A stretch of 64,000 nucleotides of DNA, from assembly GCA_964629655.1 (NCBI GenBank), contig CAZVQU010000002.1, forward strand, positions 443 through 64,442, read 5' to 3'. The stretch is from an uncultured Planctomycetia bacterium (GTDB lineage: Bacteria > Omnitrophota > Gorgyraeia > Duberdicusellales > 4484-171). Shown here piece after piece: positions 45,568 through 57,091 of this stretch; position 1 is the first letter of the stretch, and every line of letters begins with the position of its first letter. The translations under genes were made by a program, and so were the position numbers. A model generated the notes under the pieces. That model saw only the letters and a list, made by a program, of their open reading frames with translations, ran no database searches and had not been told where the DNA came from.

Positions 45568-47547
45568 ATGGATAAATTCAAACTAGCCAGTAAATTTAAA
45601 CCTACCGGTGATCAGCCTCAAGCTATTGAAAAACTAATCGCCGGGATGAAAGAAAGGGAGCGTTTTCAAACTCTTCTTGGCGTCACCGGATCAGGAAAAA
45701 CTTTCACCTTAGCCTGTGCGATCGAGAAGATTAACCGGCCAGTTTTGGTTATCTCACACAATAAAACTCTGGCCAGCCAGCTTTATGCCGAACTTAAAGA
45801 GTTCTTTCCGCAAAATTCTGTCGAATACTTTGTAAGCTACTATGATTACTACCAACCGGAAAGCTATATTCCTCAAACTGATACCTATATTGAAAAGGAC
45901 GCTTCGATAAATGATAAATTAGACAGGCTTCGTTTATCAACAACTAGCTCTCTGGCTAGCCGCCGAGATGTTATAGTGGTAGCATCGGTATCTTGTATTT
46001 ACAACTTAGGTGCACCCCAGGATTATCAAAACCTGGCTCTTTCTCTAGGAGTTGGTGGCAACACCCTTCAGAAAACTCTTCTTACGCGTTTAGTCGACCT
46101 ACACTATGAGAGGAATGACCTTGATTTCAGAAGGGGAACTTTTCGGGTTAAAGGTGACACTTTAGATATTCTTCCGGCCTATAAAGAACGTGGGGTAAGA
46201 ATAGAGTTTTTTGGTGATACAATAGAGAAAATTTACGAGTTTGAACCACTCAGCGGAAAAAAGGTCTCGGAGTTAGAAAGAATAGTCATTTATCCGGCTA
46301 AGCACTTTATTATTGGCAAGGACAAGATCGATAAAGCCTTAAAGACTATTAAGTCGGAGCTAAGGGACAGGCTAGCAGTTCTAAACAAAGAAGGTAAGCT
46401 TTTAGAAGCCCAGCGCCTTAGTCAACGTACCAACTTTGACCTCGAGATGCTAGCTGAATGTGGTTATTGTCATGGTATTGAAAATTACTCTCGGAATCTA
46501 AGTCAAAGGGCTCCCGGTTCACGTCCATATTGTCTTCTGGATTACTTTCCAGATTCTTTTCTTACGGTAATTGACGAAAGCCATGCTACTATCCCTCAAG
46601 TACGCGGTATGTACAATGGAGATAAGGCTCGTAAAGAAACTCTAGTTGCCCATGGATTTAGGTTGCCTTCTTGTTTGGATAATCGACCTTTAAGGTTTGA
46701 CGAGTTCTTACCTCTCACTAAAGAAATAGTATTTGTTTCGGCAACACCTGGAGAATTTGAAATCGATTCTTCTAAGGGAAGGGTAGTTGAGCAGATTATA
46801 CGCCCGACCGGATTGCCTGATCCGGAGATTACAGTTAAATCTACTAAAAATCAAATTGACGATTTAATCCAAGAAATTAAAACCAGAGCCAAGAAAAAAG
46901 AACGTACCTTAGTCATTACTCTTACCAAACGCATGTCAGAAGAATTAAGCAGTTACTTAAAGCAGGAGGGGCTAAAGGCCAATTACCTTCACTCTGAAAT
47001 TGATACTTTAGAAAGAACAAAGATTCTAAAAGATCTGCGGTTGAAGAAATTCGACGCTCTTATCGGCATTAATCTTCTTCGTGAAGGCTTAGACTTACCT
47101 GAAGTATCCCTGGTAGCAATCCTTGATGCTGATAAGGAAGGATTTTTGCGTTCCTCAACCTCTTTAATCCAAATTGCCGGCAGATGTGCCCGTAATGTAA
47201 ACGGAGAAGTTTACATGTATGCTGACACCCTTACTAAATCAATGAAAAAAGCGATTTCTGAGAGTCGGCGCCGACGAGAAATCCAATTAAAACATAATGC
47301 TAAGCATAAAATAACCCCACAAAGCATTCAAAAAGCAGTTAAGGATGGTATCGAAGTTTATTTAAGAGAGGAGGATAACCTTAATAAACGCTTAGAGCTA
47401 GATGGTGAGGAAATTCAACTCCATGAGGTCGTTGCCCAGCTAGAAAAAGAAATGTTTGCTGCTGCAAAAAACCTGCACTTTGAAAAAGCTGCACAGTTAC
47501 GGGATAAGGTAAAAGAATTAAAAAAAGTCATCAAGGGCAGGGTTTAG
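45568..47547 (+). CDS. uvrB: excinuclease ABC subunit B
   Basis: GVTGSGKT, DESH helicase motifs, C-terminal UvrB/UvrC interaction helix. Confidence 0.95.
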   Translation: MDKFKLASKFKPTGDQPQAIEKLIAGMKERERFQTLLGVTGSGKTFTLACAIEKINRPVLVISHNKTLASQLYAELKEFFPQNSVEYFVSYYDYYQPESYIPQTDTYIEKDASINDKLDRLRLSTTSSLASRRDVIVVASVSCIYNLGAPQDYQNLALSLGVGGNTLQKTLLTRLVDLHYERNDLDFRRGTFRVKGDTLDILPAYKERGVRIEFFGDTIEKIYEFEPLSGKKVSELERIVIYPAKHFIIGKDKIDKALKTIKSELRDRLAVLNKEGKLLEAQRLSQRTNFDLEMLAECGYCHGIENYSRNLSQRAPGSRPYCLLDYFPDSFLTVIDESHATIPQVRGMYNGDKARKETLVAHGFRLPSCLDNRPLRFDEFLPLTKEIVFVSATPGEFEIDSSKGRVVEQIIRPTGLPDPEITVKSTKNQIDDLIQEIKTRAKKKERTLVITLTKRMSEELSSYLKQEGLKANYLHSEIDTLERTKILKDLRLKKFDALIGINLLREGLDLPEVSLVAILDADKEGFLRSSTSLIQIAGRCARNVNGEVYMYADTLTKSMKKAISESRRRREIQLKHNAKHKITPQSIQKAVKDGIEVYLREEDNLNKRLELDGEEIQLHEVVAQLEKEMFAAAKNLHFEKAAQLRDKVKELKKVIKGRV

Positions 47548-47607
47548 GCTTTACAAACTCTTTAACAAAGCGTAATATAGGAAAAAAGAAGAGCAAGGAG
47601 CTTTGTA

Positions 47608-48336
47608 ATGATTGCTGTAGACGTAGGAAATACAAGCATACACATTTCCCATTTTGAAAGGGGAAGACTTAGGAAAGCTAAAAAAATACCGACCGTCGGA
47701 GTTACTAAAGCTTCTTTGGCGAAAGCTCTAAGCCCCAAGCTAAACGAGAAAGTCATAGTCTGCTCAGTAGTGCCTAAAGTCACTAAAATTTTTAAAAGCT
47801 TAAAAATGCCTGTGTATGTAGTGGGGCAGGATATAAAAGTTCCCATAGTCTCACTATACGATAAGAAACGAATAGGCATGGATCGATTAGTGGGAGCATA
47901 TGCGGCCAAGAAACTCTTTCCGGAGATTCGTCTGGCCTTAGATTTTGGAACTGCAATAACATTGGATTTTTTATCTAAAGATCATGTTTATCAAGGCGGG
48001 ATAATTCTTCCTGGCCTTGGATCTACATTAGGTGTTTTTTCCAAGTGCGCAATGCTTCCTAAGCGGATAAAGTTTAGAAAAACAAAAAAATTAATTCCGA
48101 CTACAACAGAAAGCAGCATAGCTAAAGGGCTCCTAGAAGGATTCTCTTTGATGATAAATTCTCTAGTCATTAAGTACAAAAAGAGACTGAAAATCGGCAA
48201 AAATGAGAAAGTTATTATCACCGGAGGAGAAGCTAGGGTGATTATGCCCGGCTTGGATTTCCCCTTTGAATACGAACCATTACTGGTCTTAAAGGGCCTT
48301 GAGATTTTGAGCCGTGACCTTCCGTTAAAAAATTAA
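47608..48336 (+). CDS. coaX: type III pantothenate kinase
   Basis: MIAVDVGNTSIH N-terminal acetate/sugar-kinase fold, DFGTA. Confidence 0.85.
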   Translation: MIAVDVGNTSIHISHFERGRLRKAKKIPTVGVTKASLAKALSPKLNEKVIVCSVVPKVTKIFKSLKMPVYVVGQDIKVPIVSLYDKKRIGMDRLVGAYAAKKLFPEIRLALDFGTAITLDFLSKDHVYQGGIILPGLGSTLGVFSKCAMLPKRIKFRKTKKLIPTTTESSIAKGLLEGFSLMINSLVIKYKKRLKIGKNEKVIITGGEARVIMPGLDFPFEYEPLLVLKGLEILSRDLPLKN

Positions 48337-48345
48337 AAAAAATTC

Positions 48346-48373
48346 TTGACATTAATTTCAATATCGATATAGT
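48346..48373 (+). promoter_or_regulatory. sigma-70-type promoter of groESL (TTGACA-16-TATAGT)
   Basis: consensus -35 hexamer and near-consensus -10 just upstream of CIRCE. Confidence 0.5.
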
Positions 48374-48379
48374 AATAAC

Positions 48380-48406
48380 TTAGCACTCTAGGGTAGAGAT
48401 TGCTAA
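48380..48406 (+). promoter_or_regulatory. CIRCE operator (HrcA binding site)
   Basis: TTAGCACTC-N9-GATTGCTAA, one mismatch to TTAGCACTC-N9-GAGTGCTAA, directly upstream of groES. Confidence 0.8.
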
Positions 48407-48452
48407 GTTATTATAAAAACAGAATTATTGGCGTATCTAAAGGAGGTAACTT

Positions 48453-48740
48453 ATGAAGTTTAAGCCATTAGGAGACAGAATTCTGCTTAAGCAACTTGAA
48501 GCTAAGGAGCAGACTAAAGGTGGCATCGTGCTTCCCGACACAGTAAAAGAAAAGCCTCAAGAAGGCGAAATTATTGCTGTAGGCGAAGGGAAGAAGAATT
48601 CCGAGGGTAAAGCAATGCCTTTATCTTTAAAGGTTGGCGACAAGATACTTTACGGAAAGTATTCTGGAACAGAAGTTGTAATAGATAGCGAAGACTATCT
48701 TATTATTCGCGAAGAGGATGTATTAGGAATTACTGCGTAA
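48453..48740 (+). CDS. groES: co-chaperonin GroES
   Basis: 95 aa, mobile-loop and roof hairpin pattern, SD GGAGG. Confidence 0.95.
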   Translation: MKFKPLGDRILLKQLEAKEQTKGGIVLPDTVKEKPQEGEIIAVGEGKKNSEGKAMPLSLKVGDKILYGKYSGTEVVIDSEDYLIIREEDVLGITA

Positions 48741-48750
48741 GAGGAGGTAA

Positions 48751-50409
<1,659 letters not shown>

Positions 50410-50440
50410 ACAAGTAACTTTAAAGGAAAAATATAAAATA

Positions 50441-50475
50441 TCCCCGTTCGTTAAAAGGAGCGGGGATATTTTTTT
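50441..50475 (+). terminator. rho-independent terminator after groEL
   Basis: TCCCCG-loop-CGGGGA then TATTTTTTT. Confidence 0.7.
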
Positions 50476-50531
50476 GCCTTGGTTAATTTAGCTGTAGATT
50501 TTTTTGTGCCAAGTGGTATAATAAGACCACT

Positions 50532-51911
50532 TTGGGAGATTTTATGGGATTTATGAGAAAAAAGAGGAAATTTTGCTTAGATATCAACGATAGCAATATT
50601 TTAAACATCGGGCTCTTCCAATATTGCTTAGCCCCTGAGGGTGAGGTGATTTTATCTAATCCAACCCTAGCTGAAATACTAGGCTATTCTTTTGAAAAAG
50701 GACTTATCAGGGAGAAATTTTGTAATTTATTCAGTAAATCCTTAGATAGAGAGCTTTTTCTAACAATTCTCAACAGGGGCAAGCAGGTTAAATCCTTTGA
50801 GGTAGTTTTAAAGAAAAAGGATGGTCAAGCATTATGGGTGGCAATTACTGCCCATTTAGTGCCTTCAGCTAGAAAAAAAGAACGTTGGATAGAAGGGGTG
50901 ATCCAGGATATTTCAGCTCAAAAAAAGATTGCTGATAAGTTAAACATGGAGAGGAATTTCTTTGAAAATCTCTTGAACAACATCCCTGATGCAATTTACT
51001 TTAAAGACCGTAACAATAAAATCATAAAGATTAATAATTTTTATATTCAAGGAACTGGCTTGAAAGCCGAGGAGATAATCGGAAAGACTGACTTTGATTT
51101 TTTCCCCCCGGAGCAAGCTAAGGATATGCTTGAAGATGATAACAAAGTTCTAAATACCGGTAAGCCAATTGTTGGCAAGATTGAAAAAACTTTACTCAGT
51201 AATGGCCATTGGAACCAGGTAATTACTACTAAAATCCCTATGCATGATAGCGGCGGTAATATAATCGGAACCATGGGGATAACTCGAGACATGACTGCTT
51301 ACGCTAACCTTGAACAGCAACGCCTAAATATGATGGTTAGTGCCATGGAAGTCTTGGGTAAGGCTCTTGAGATGCGTGATCCTTACACTTTTAGTCATAC
51401 TCGGAATGTAGCTGGTATTGCTGAAAGAATTGCTAATGCCTTTAAATGGGATGAAAATCAACTTTTAGCCATTAAGTTAGCCGGAGAACTTCACGATTTA
51501 GGAAAGATAAGTATTCCCCTAGATATCCTAAACAAACCTGGTAAATTAAATAACTTGGAGTACCGCCTAATCCAGGAACATGTAGAAAATTGCTATAATT
51601 TAATCAAGGATATTGACTTTCCCTTTCCCCTGGCTGATATTATCTATCAACATCACGAGCGCCTTGATGGCTCAGGCTACCCACGCGGCCTAAAAGGAGA
51701 TGAGATACTCTTAGAAGCTAAGATACTGGCAGTCAGTGATGTTTTAGAGGCTATGACCCACCATCGTCCTTATCGTGAAGCTAAAGGATTAAAAAAAGCC
51801 TGCCAAGAACTTCAAAAAGGAAAGGGTATCAAATACGATACTGAAATAGTAAATGTCCTTCTTGACCTTATTAAAAAGGGAGGCGAGAAGGAGTTTTGGC
51901 TTGCCGATTAA
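50532..51911 (+). CDS. PAS-sensor HD-GYP domain phosphodiesterase
   Basis: two PAS-like segments then HDLGK ... HHERLDGSGYP (HD-GYP). Confidence 0.75.
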   Translation: MGDFMGFMRKKRKFCLDINDSNILNIGLFQYCLAPEGEVILSNPTLAEILGYSFEKGLIREKFCNLFSKSLDRELFLTILNRGKQVKSFEVVLKKKDGQALWVAITAHLVPSARKKERWIEGVIQDISAQKKIADKLNMERNFFENLLNNIPDAIYFKDRNNKIIKINNFYIQGTGLKAEEIIGKTDFDFFPPEQAKDMLEDDNKVLNTGKPIVGKIEKTLLSNGHWNQVITTKIPMHDSGGNIIGTMGITRDMTAYANLEQQRLNMMVSAMEVLGKALEMRDPYTFSHTRNVAGIAERIANAFKWDENQLLAIKLAGELHDLGKISIPLDILNKPGKLNNLEYRLIQEHVENCYNLIKDIDFPFPLADIIYQHHERLDGSGYPRGLKGDEILLEAKILAVSDVLEAMTHHRPYREAKGLKKACQELQKGKGIKYDTEIVNVLLDLIKKGGEKEFWLAD

Positions 51912-51956
51912 CTTTTTTCTTGATTTTTTATTGGTTTATGATATAAAAAGTATCTC

Positions 51957-52493
51957 ATGAAAGAGGTAAAAATATTTGCTAGAGCCGGCCAAGGCGCAAT
52001 TACTACAGCAGCCATATTAGGTGAATCTCTATTCTACGAAGATAAATACGCTTATGCGTTTCCTCATTTCGGTGCTGCCCGAATGGGAGCACCAATGAAT
52101 GCTTTTGTAAGATTTGATGATAAGCCGGTTCGTCTACGTTCTCAAATCTATAAACCCGATTATGTCGTAGTAATCGACCCGACCTTAATTGAAAGTGAGA
52201 AGTGCTTTCAGGGTTTAAAAGAGGGTGCGAAAGCTATCGTAGCCGTAAGAGAAAAAACGGTTATCCCGCAGATTGGTAACGTCGAGATTAAAACTTTACC
52301 GGCTGAGGAAATCGCTATGGAGATAATCGGGAAACCTTTTGCCAACACTGTCTTAGTAGGTGCTTTTGCTAAGGCGACCGGCCAGATAAAACTGGAATCT
52401 GTTTTAAAGGCAGTTGAAGGCAGATTCAAAAGTAAGCCCAAGCTATTAGAAAAAAATCTCCAAGCAGCAAAAAAGGGGTACGAAAGTGTTTAG
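51957..52493 (+). CDS. 2-oxoacid:ferredoxin oxidoreductase gamma subunit (POR/VOR type)
   Basis: 178-aa gamma-subunit fold; first of a four-gene gamma-delta-alpha-beta operon. Confidence 0.8.
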   Translation: MKEVKIFARAGQGAITTAAILGESLFYEDKYAYAFPHFGAARMGAPMNAFVRFDDKPVRLRSQIYKPDYVVVIDPTLIESEKCFQGLKEGAKAIVAVREKTVIPQIGNVEIKTLPAEEIAMEIIGKPFANTVLVGAFAKATGQIKLESVLKAVEGRFKSKPKLLEKNLQAAKKGYESV

Positions 52494-52743
52494 CGTTTTA
52501 GCCAGTCGAGGGAAAACTTCTTGCGCGAATTTAACCGGTTCTTGGCGTTCAACCCAAAAACCGCTGTTTTTAAAAAAAGAATGTATTAATTGTGGTCTTT
52601 GTAAGCTTATTTGTCCTGAAGGATGTATCGAAGGTATAGAAAAGAATACTTACTCAACTGACTTAGATTATTGTAAGGGGTGCGGACTTTGCGCTTATAT
52701 TTGTCCCAAAGATGATATTGAAATGGTTCCCAATCATGATTAG
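52486..52743 (+). CDS. 2-oxoacid:ferredoxin oxidoreductase delta subunit (2x[4Fe-4S] ferredoxin)
   Basis: CINCGLCKLICPEGC and CKGCGLCAYICP clusters. Confidence 0.8.
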   Translation: MFSVLASRGKTSCANLTGSWRSTQKPLFLKKECINCGLCKLICPEGCIEGIEKNTYSTDLDYCKGCGLCAYICPKDDIEMVPNHD

Positions 52744-52746
52744 ACT

Positions 52747-53922
52747 ATGAAGAAATACTTAGAAGGTTCCTGGGCAATGGCAGAAGCGGCGAAATTATGC
52801 CGTCCCGGTGTTGTTGCTGCTTACCCAATCACTCCACAAACTCATATAGTTGAACATCTTGCTAAATTTGTTGCTGACGGAAATCTTGAGGCTGAGACTT
52901 TGAATGTTGAAAGTGAACACTCAGCAGCTTCAGTGGTCTTAGGTTCGCAAGCGGCCGGAGTAAGAAGTTTTACCTGTACTAGCTCTCAAGGTTTGCTATT
53001 AATGGGAGAAGTTGTCTTTTGTATAGCTGGGATGAGGCTACCGGTTATGATGGTTTGTGCCAACCGTGCTGTATCTGCACCGATTAACATTTGGAACGAT
53101 CAGCAGGATTCGATTGCTTTAAGAGATGCTGGCTGGATACAGTTTTATGCTGAGAACAACCAAGAGGCGGTTGATTTGATTATTGCTGGTCATAAGCTTG
53201 GAGAAAACTCTAAGGTAATGTTACCGATAATGGTTTGCGTAGATGGTTTTATTTTAACTCACGGTATGGAAACAATTGATATGCCAAGCCAAGAAGAAGT
53301 CGATAAATTTCTTCCGAAATATAACCCGCCATATAAGCTCGACGTTAATGATCCGATGAGTTTTGGTCTCTTGGGTGATCCAACAGTATACGCTGAAACC
53401 CGTTATGCTATACATAAAACAATGGAAGAGGTCATTGATTTAATACCGAAGGTTGGTAAAGAATATAAGGATTTAACTTCAAGGGACAGCGTAAAGCTAG
53501 TTGAGGGTTATAAGCTAGAGGATGCTGAGTTGGCAATAATCGCCATGGGCTCTGTTTGCGGAACAATTAAAGACGTTATTGATCTTGAAAGAGAAAAAGG
53601 TAAAAAAATCGGCCTTCTAAAAATTGTTACTTATAGACCTTTTCCAAAAGAAGCGATTGCGGCTGCTTTAGGAAAAATTCCTAATTTAGCTGTTATTGAT
53701 AAGGACATTTCTTTAGGCTCAGACGGTGCCGTGTATTCAGAAATCAAAGCAATATTAAGTTCAGATAAACGAGTGAGCGGGTTTATCGCTGGTTTGGGCG
53801 GAAGAGATATAACAATTGACACTATAGAGGGTATTATCCAATCAGCCAATAAGGAAGTTGCTAGCTGTAAATTTGTTGATTTAAACAAGGATTTGCTCTG
53901 GGACGAATTTAAAGCGTCTTAG
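52747..53922 (+). CDS. 2-oxoacid:ferredoxin oxidoreductase alpha subunit
   Basis: GSWAMAEAAKLCRPGVVAAYPITPQT N-terminal alpha-subunit signature. Confidence 0.85.
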   Translation: MKKYLEGSWAMAEAAKLCRPGVVAAYPITPQTHIVEHLAKFVADGNLEAETLNVESEHSAASVVLGSQAAGVRSFTCTSSQGLLLMGEVVFCIAGMRLPVMMVCANRAVSAPINIWNDQQDSIALRDAGWIQFYAENNQEAVDLIIAGHKLGENSKVMLPIMVCVDGFILTHGMETIDMPSQEEVDKFLPKYNPPYKLDVNDPMSFGLLGDPTVYAETRYAIHKTMEEVIDLIPKVGKEYKDLTSRDSVKLVEGYKLEDAELAIIAMGSVCGTIKDVIDLEREKGKKIGLLKIVTYRPFPKEAIAAALGKIPNLAVIDKDISLGSDGAVYSEIKAILSSDKRVSGFIAGLGGRDITIDTIEGIIQSANKEVASCKFVDLNKDLLWDEFKAS

Positions 53923-53935
53923 AGAAAAAAGTCAA

Positions 53936-54820
53936 ATGGCGAAAAAACATTTTGAGGAAAATTTTTACGTATCTGGGCACACTGCTTGTGCTGGCTGCGG
54001 ACAGTCAATGGCCGTTCGAATTGTCATGAATGTTGCCGGTAAGAATACTATGGTTACAAACTCTACCGGCTGCCTTGAAGTTTTCTCTACTAAAGCGCCT
54101 GAAACTGCCTTCGGAGTTCCCTGGATACACTCCTTATTTGAAAATTCAGCAGCAGTCGCTAGCGGCATTGAAGCTGGCCTAAAGTATTTAAATAAATTGG
54201 GCGAAATCCGGGTGATATCTCAAGCCGGAGATGGCGGAACCGGAGATATTGGCTTACAGGCTATCTCAGGGATGCTTGAGAGGGGCCAAGATGTCTTATT
54301 TATTTGTTATGATAATGAAGCTTATATGAATACCGGTATTCAGCGCAGCGGTTCTACTCCGTTCTACGCTAATACCACTACTTCGCCAGTAGGTAAAAAA
54401 TCTTTGGGTAATTCTAGACCTAAAAAGCCTATGGTTGAAATTTGCGCTGCCCACCATATACCTTACTCAGCCACAGCTTCCATAGGTAACCCTAAGGATG
54501 TCGAAAGAAAGGTCAAAAAAGCCCTGTCAATAAGGGGTCCGAAATACTTGCAAATTCATGTACCTTGTCCTTTAGGCTGGAAATCGGAACCTGCTCAAAC
54601 GATAGAAATTGCAAAACTTGCAGTTGCAACAGGCTTGTACCCACTAGTGGAGTATGAGTATGGTAAGCTTGTTAAAACTATGAAAATTACTTCACTAAAA
54701 CCAGTCGAAGAATATCTTAAAACCCAGGGTAGATTTAGACACTTACCTAAAAACAAAGAAGCACTACAAGAAGTTCAAGAAGTAGCTAATAAAAACATAG
54801 AGTACTACGGACTTAAATAA
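53936..54820 (+). CDS. 2-oxoacid:ferredoxin oxidoreductase beta subunit (TPP-binding)
   Basis: GHTACAGCGQS and GDGG TPP/Fe-S motifs. Confidence 0.85.
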   Translation: MAKKHFEENFYVSGHTACAGCGQSMAVRIVMNVAGKNTMVTNSTGCLEVFSTKAPETAFGVPWIHSLFENSAAVASGIEAGLKYLNKLGEIRVISQAGDGGTGDIGLQAISGMLERGQDVLFICYDNEAYMNTGIQRSGSTPFYANTTTSPVGKKSLGNSRPKKPMVEICAAHHIPYSATASIGNPKDVERKVKKALSIRGPKYLQIHVPCPLGWKSEPAQTIEIAKLAVATGLYPLVEYEYGKLVKTMKITSLKPVEEYLKTQGRFRHLPKNKEALQEVQEVANKNIEYYGLK

Positions 54821-54850
54821 AAACTGAAACGATACTATAAAGGAGGAGAC

Positions 54851-55036
54851 ATGGCAAAGGTTATTGTTGATGAAAATGCTTGCGTCGGTTGTGGCTTATG
54901 TGTAAATGCATGCGCTAACGTTTTTGACTTAGGTGAAGACGGTATTGCTAAAGTAAAGACTCATGAATGTGCTGATTGCGATCTTCACGACGTTGCCTCT
55001 CAATGCCCGGTAAACTGCATCGTCATAGAAGGCTAA
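54851..55036 (+). CDS. small 4Fe-4S ferredoxin
   Basis: 61 aa; CVGCGLC...C and C..C...CP cysteine pattern. Confidence 0.7.
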   Translation: MAKVIVDENACVGCGLCVNACANVFDLGEDGIAKVKTHECADCDLHDVASQCPVNCIVIEG

Positions 55037-55061
55037 CTGATTCTTAAAGGATAATAAAATA

Positions 55062-55104
55062 CCCCGCCCTAAGGTTGATAAGGCCTTGAGGTGGGGATTT
55101 TTAT
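55062..55104. terminator. bidirectional terminator between the ferredoxin operon and the convergent gene
   Basis: CCCCGCC...GGTGGGG stem (one G.U) with T-runs on both strands. Confidence 0.55.
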
Positions 55105-56522
55105 TTTACCGGGGGAAGTTCTATGATTATTTCTTGATTTAGCTTATTAATAAACTTTAATTTTTCAAGGAATAGTTTTCTCTCTTCAATTTTATCGTGG
55201 TAAGCCTCTCTTTTAGTTTGGAAATCTGCATCATCAATAGAAGTCTTATCTTTTAATTGCAAAATGTAAGCCCCTTTGTCTAAAGCCACAATTTCGGAAT
55301 GAATTTCATCCTTCTCAAGAGAAAAGACTATTGCACTCACACTACTGTCTAAACCCAGGCCTTCTATGTAATCGTAGTATTTGAAAAAACCGGTCTCTTT
55401 AAACTCAACATTCTTCTTTTTTCTAAACTTTTTGAGATTTTTTGCTCCCTTTTCGTTAATTCTTTTCAAAAGATCAAAGGAAAATCTTTGTGCGTCCTTC
55501 TTTGCACGAGAAACAATTAGTTTTTCCTCAACCTCAGCTTCGATTTCCCCTAAAGGAGGAGTAAAAGCCGGTTTCTCATCTTCTTTGCCGACAATTATAA
55601 AATCTCGGCCTAAACCTATCGGTGGGCTTATTTGATTGATTTCTAAGTCAAAGGCTGCCTGAGTTATCTCTTGTTTCCAGCCAATTTCTTTAATTGGGTC
55701 ATCTTTTTTAATAAAACCGGTTTCCTTAATCTTGAAGGAAGTTTTCTTCTCGAGCTGATCAAGCGTCCCAAGCTCAGCTAAACGATTTATTTCTTCCGAG
55801 CTCAGGTTATCTTCCTCGGTTATCAAAGCATACTTTATGTTTGCTGTTGGTTCTCTTTCAAAAAGGGTCTTGTTGGCTTGGTAGAATTCTTCAACCTCGT
55901 TAGGCTTTATCCCCACATCTACACGAAATTTTTCATAGGGAATGAAAAGGTAGGCAATTTTAGCTTCTTGGTTTTCTATTAAATAGAGCGATTGTATCTC
56001 GGTGTCACTGACAGCGACCTGAATAAATTCTGCCCATAATTCATTTATAGTGATAAGTTCTCTCATGTATTCTTCAAAACTTCGAGGGGTAAGGTTAATG
56101 CTGAAGGTTCGAGAAATGTGTTTTATGTATCTTTGGTAGGAAGCTTTGTCAAATTTTCCGCCTCGCGAAAAATTACGGTTAACCCACTTCACGATTTCCT
56201 GGTCAGTAACTTCTATATTTGCTTCTTTGGCTTTGAAGAGCAGGCGATAATAAATACTTGCCTTTTCTATAATCGCTTCAGGGGTAATTGTTTTTCTTCC
56301 ATTGTTCAGATTCGAATAAAGGATAAAGTCAAGGCGGGCTAAGTCAATGTAGTGCTTAAAGTTAGGAATAATTACTTTTTGACTTCCAATCTTAGCAGTT
56401 GCTTTTGCTTCTTTTTTTTCTAGAAAAGAACTGGCATTAGAGAGAACGAAAGCTGTGATAACCGTTCCGGCAACTATCCAAAGGATTTTTTTAGCATGTT
56501 GTCCGCGAATCGCAGTAAGCAT
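55101..56522 (-). CDS. PpiD/SurA-like periplasmic chaperone (membrane-anchored)
   Basis: 473 aa; N-terminal TM anchor; SurA-N-like helical domain and parvulin-like middle segment; weak. Confidence 0.5.
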   Translation of the reverse strand: MLTAIRGQHAKKILWIVAGTVITAFVLSNASSFLEKKEAKATAKIGSQKVIIPNFKHYIDLARLDFILYSNLNNGRKTITPEAIIEKASIYYRLLFKAKEANIEVTDQEIVKWVNRNFSRGGKFDKASYQRYIKHISRTFSINLTPRSFEEYMRELITINELWAEFIQVAVSDTEIQSLYLIENQEAKIAYLFIPYEKFRVDVGIKPNEVEEFYQANKTLFEREPTANIKYALITEEDNLSSEEINRLAELGTLDQLEKKTSFKIKETGFIKKDDPIKEIGWKQEITQAAFDLEINQISPPIGLGRDFIIVGKEDEKPAFTPPLGEIEAEVEEKLIVSRAKKDAQRFSFDLLKRINEKGAKNLKKFRKKKNVEFKETGFFKYYDYIEGLGLDSSVSAIVFSLEKDEIHSEIVALDKGAYILQLKDKTSIDDADFQTKREAYHDKIEERKLFLEKLKFINKLNQEIIIELPPVK

Positions 56523-56695
56523 AAGCCTATCATAACTTCTGTGCGAGAATTTTCAAGAGAAATCTACGAAATTAGGTTTTCTTAATCCCGGAGTCAACGC
56601 TTTAAAATGCACAAACAAACTAAGGGATTTTATGGCTTGAAAATGTTTTTGTTTTATGCTATTCTTTTCATAAGCGAAAACAATCTTTAAAAAAT

Positions 56696-57052
56696 GGGGG
56701 TGCATGGGCTCGACTTGGAGATTAGGGGAAGTGGTTGCATGCCGTAGGGGTAAGGCCGAACGTATCCGGGCTTACAAAACACAAAGGCAACACCTTTCGT
56801 TGCAACACCTGCTCACGCAGTTAGCTAAGCAGGACCCTTAAACTTTGTGTCTCAGGAAATTTAAGGGTTCATTTTTGAGACTCGGAATAAATCTCTTGCT
56901 TTGAGGATTTATTCTTAAAAAATTTCAAAGCTGCTCTCTAGAGAATCCTGCCTTTTGGAGTCTTTAGAGAAAAGCTAAACATAAGGCTAAGCATGTAGGA
57001 GCTATTCTCCAACCCTTTAAGGACGCGGGTTCGATTCCCGCCACCTCCACCA
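56696..57052 (+). ncRNA. ssrA: tmRNA (SsrA)
   Basis: 5' GGGGGTGCATGGGCTCGAC; 3' tRNA-like GGACGCGGGTTCGATTCCCGCCACCTCCACCA with encoded CCA; internal tag ORF ending GCAGTTAGCTAA. Confidence 0.85.
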
Positions 57053-57091
57053 TTATATGGTTGTATATGTTACGTTTTAAGAATTAAAGTT

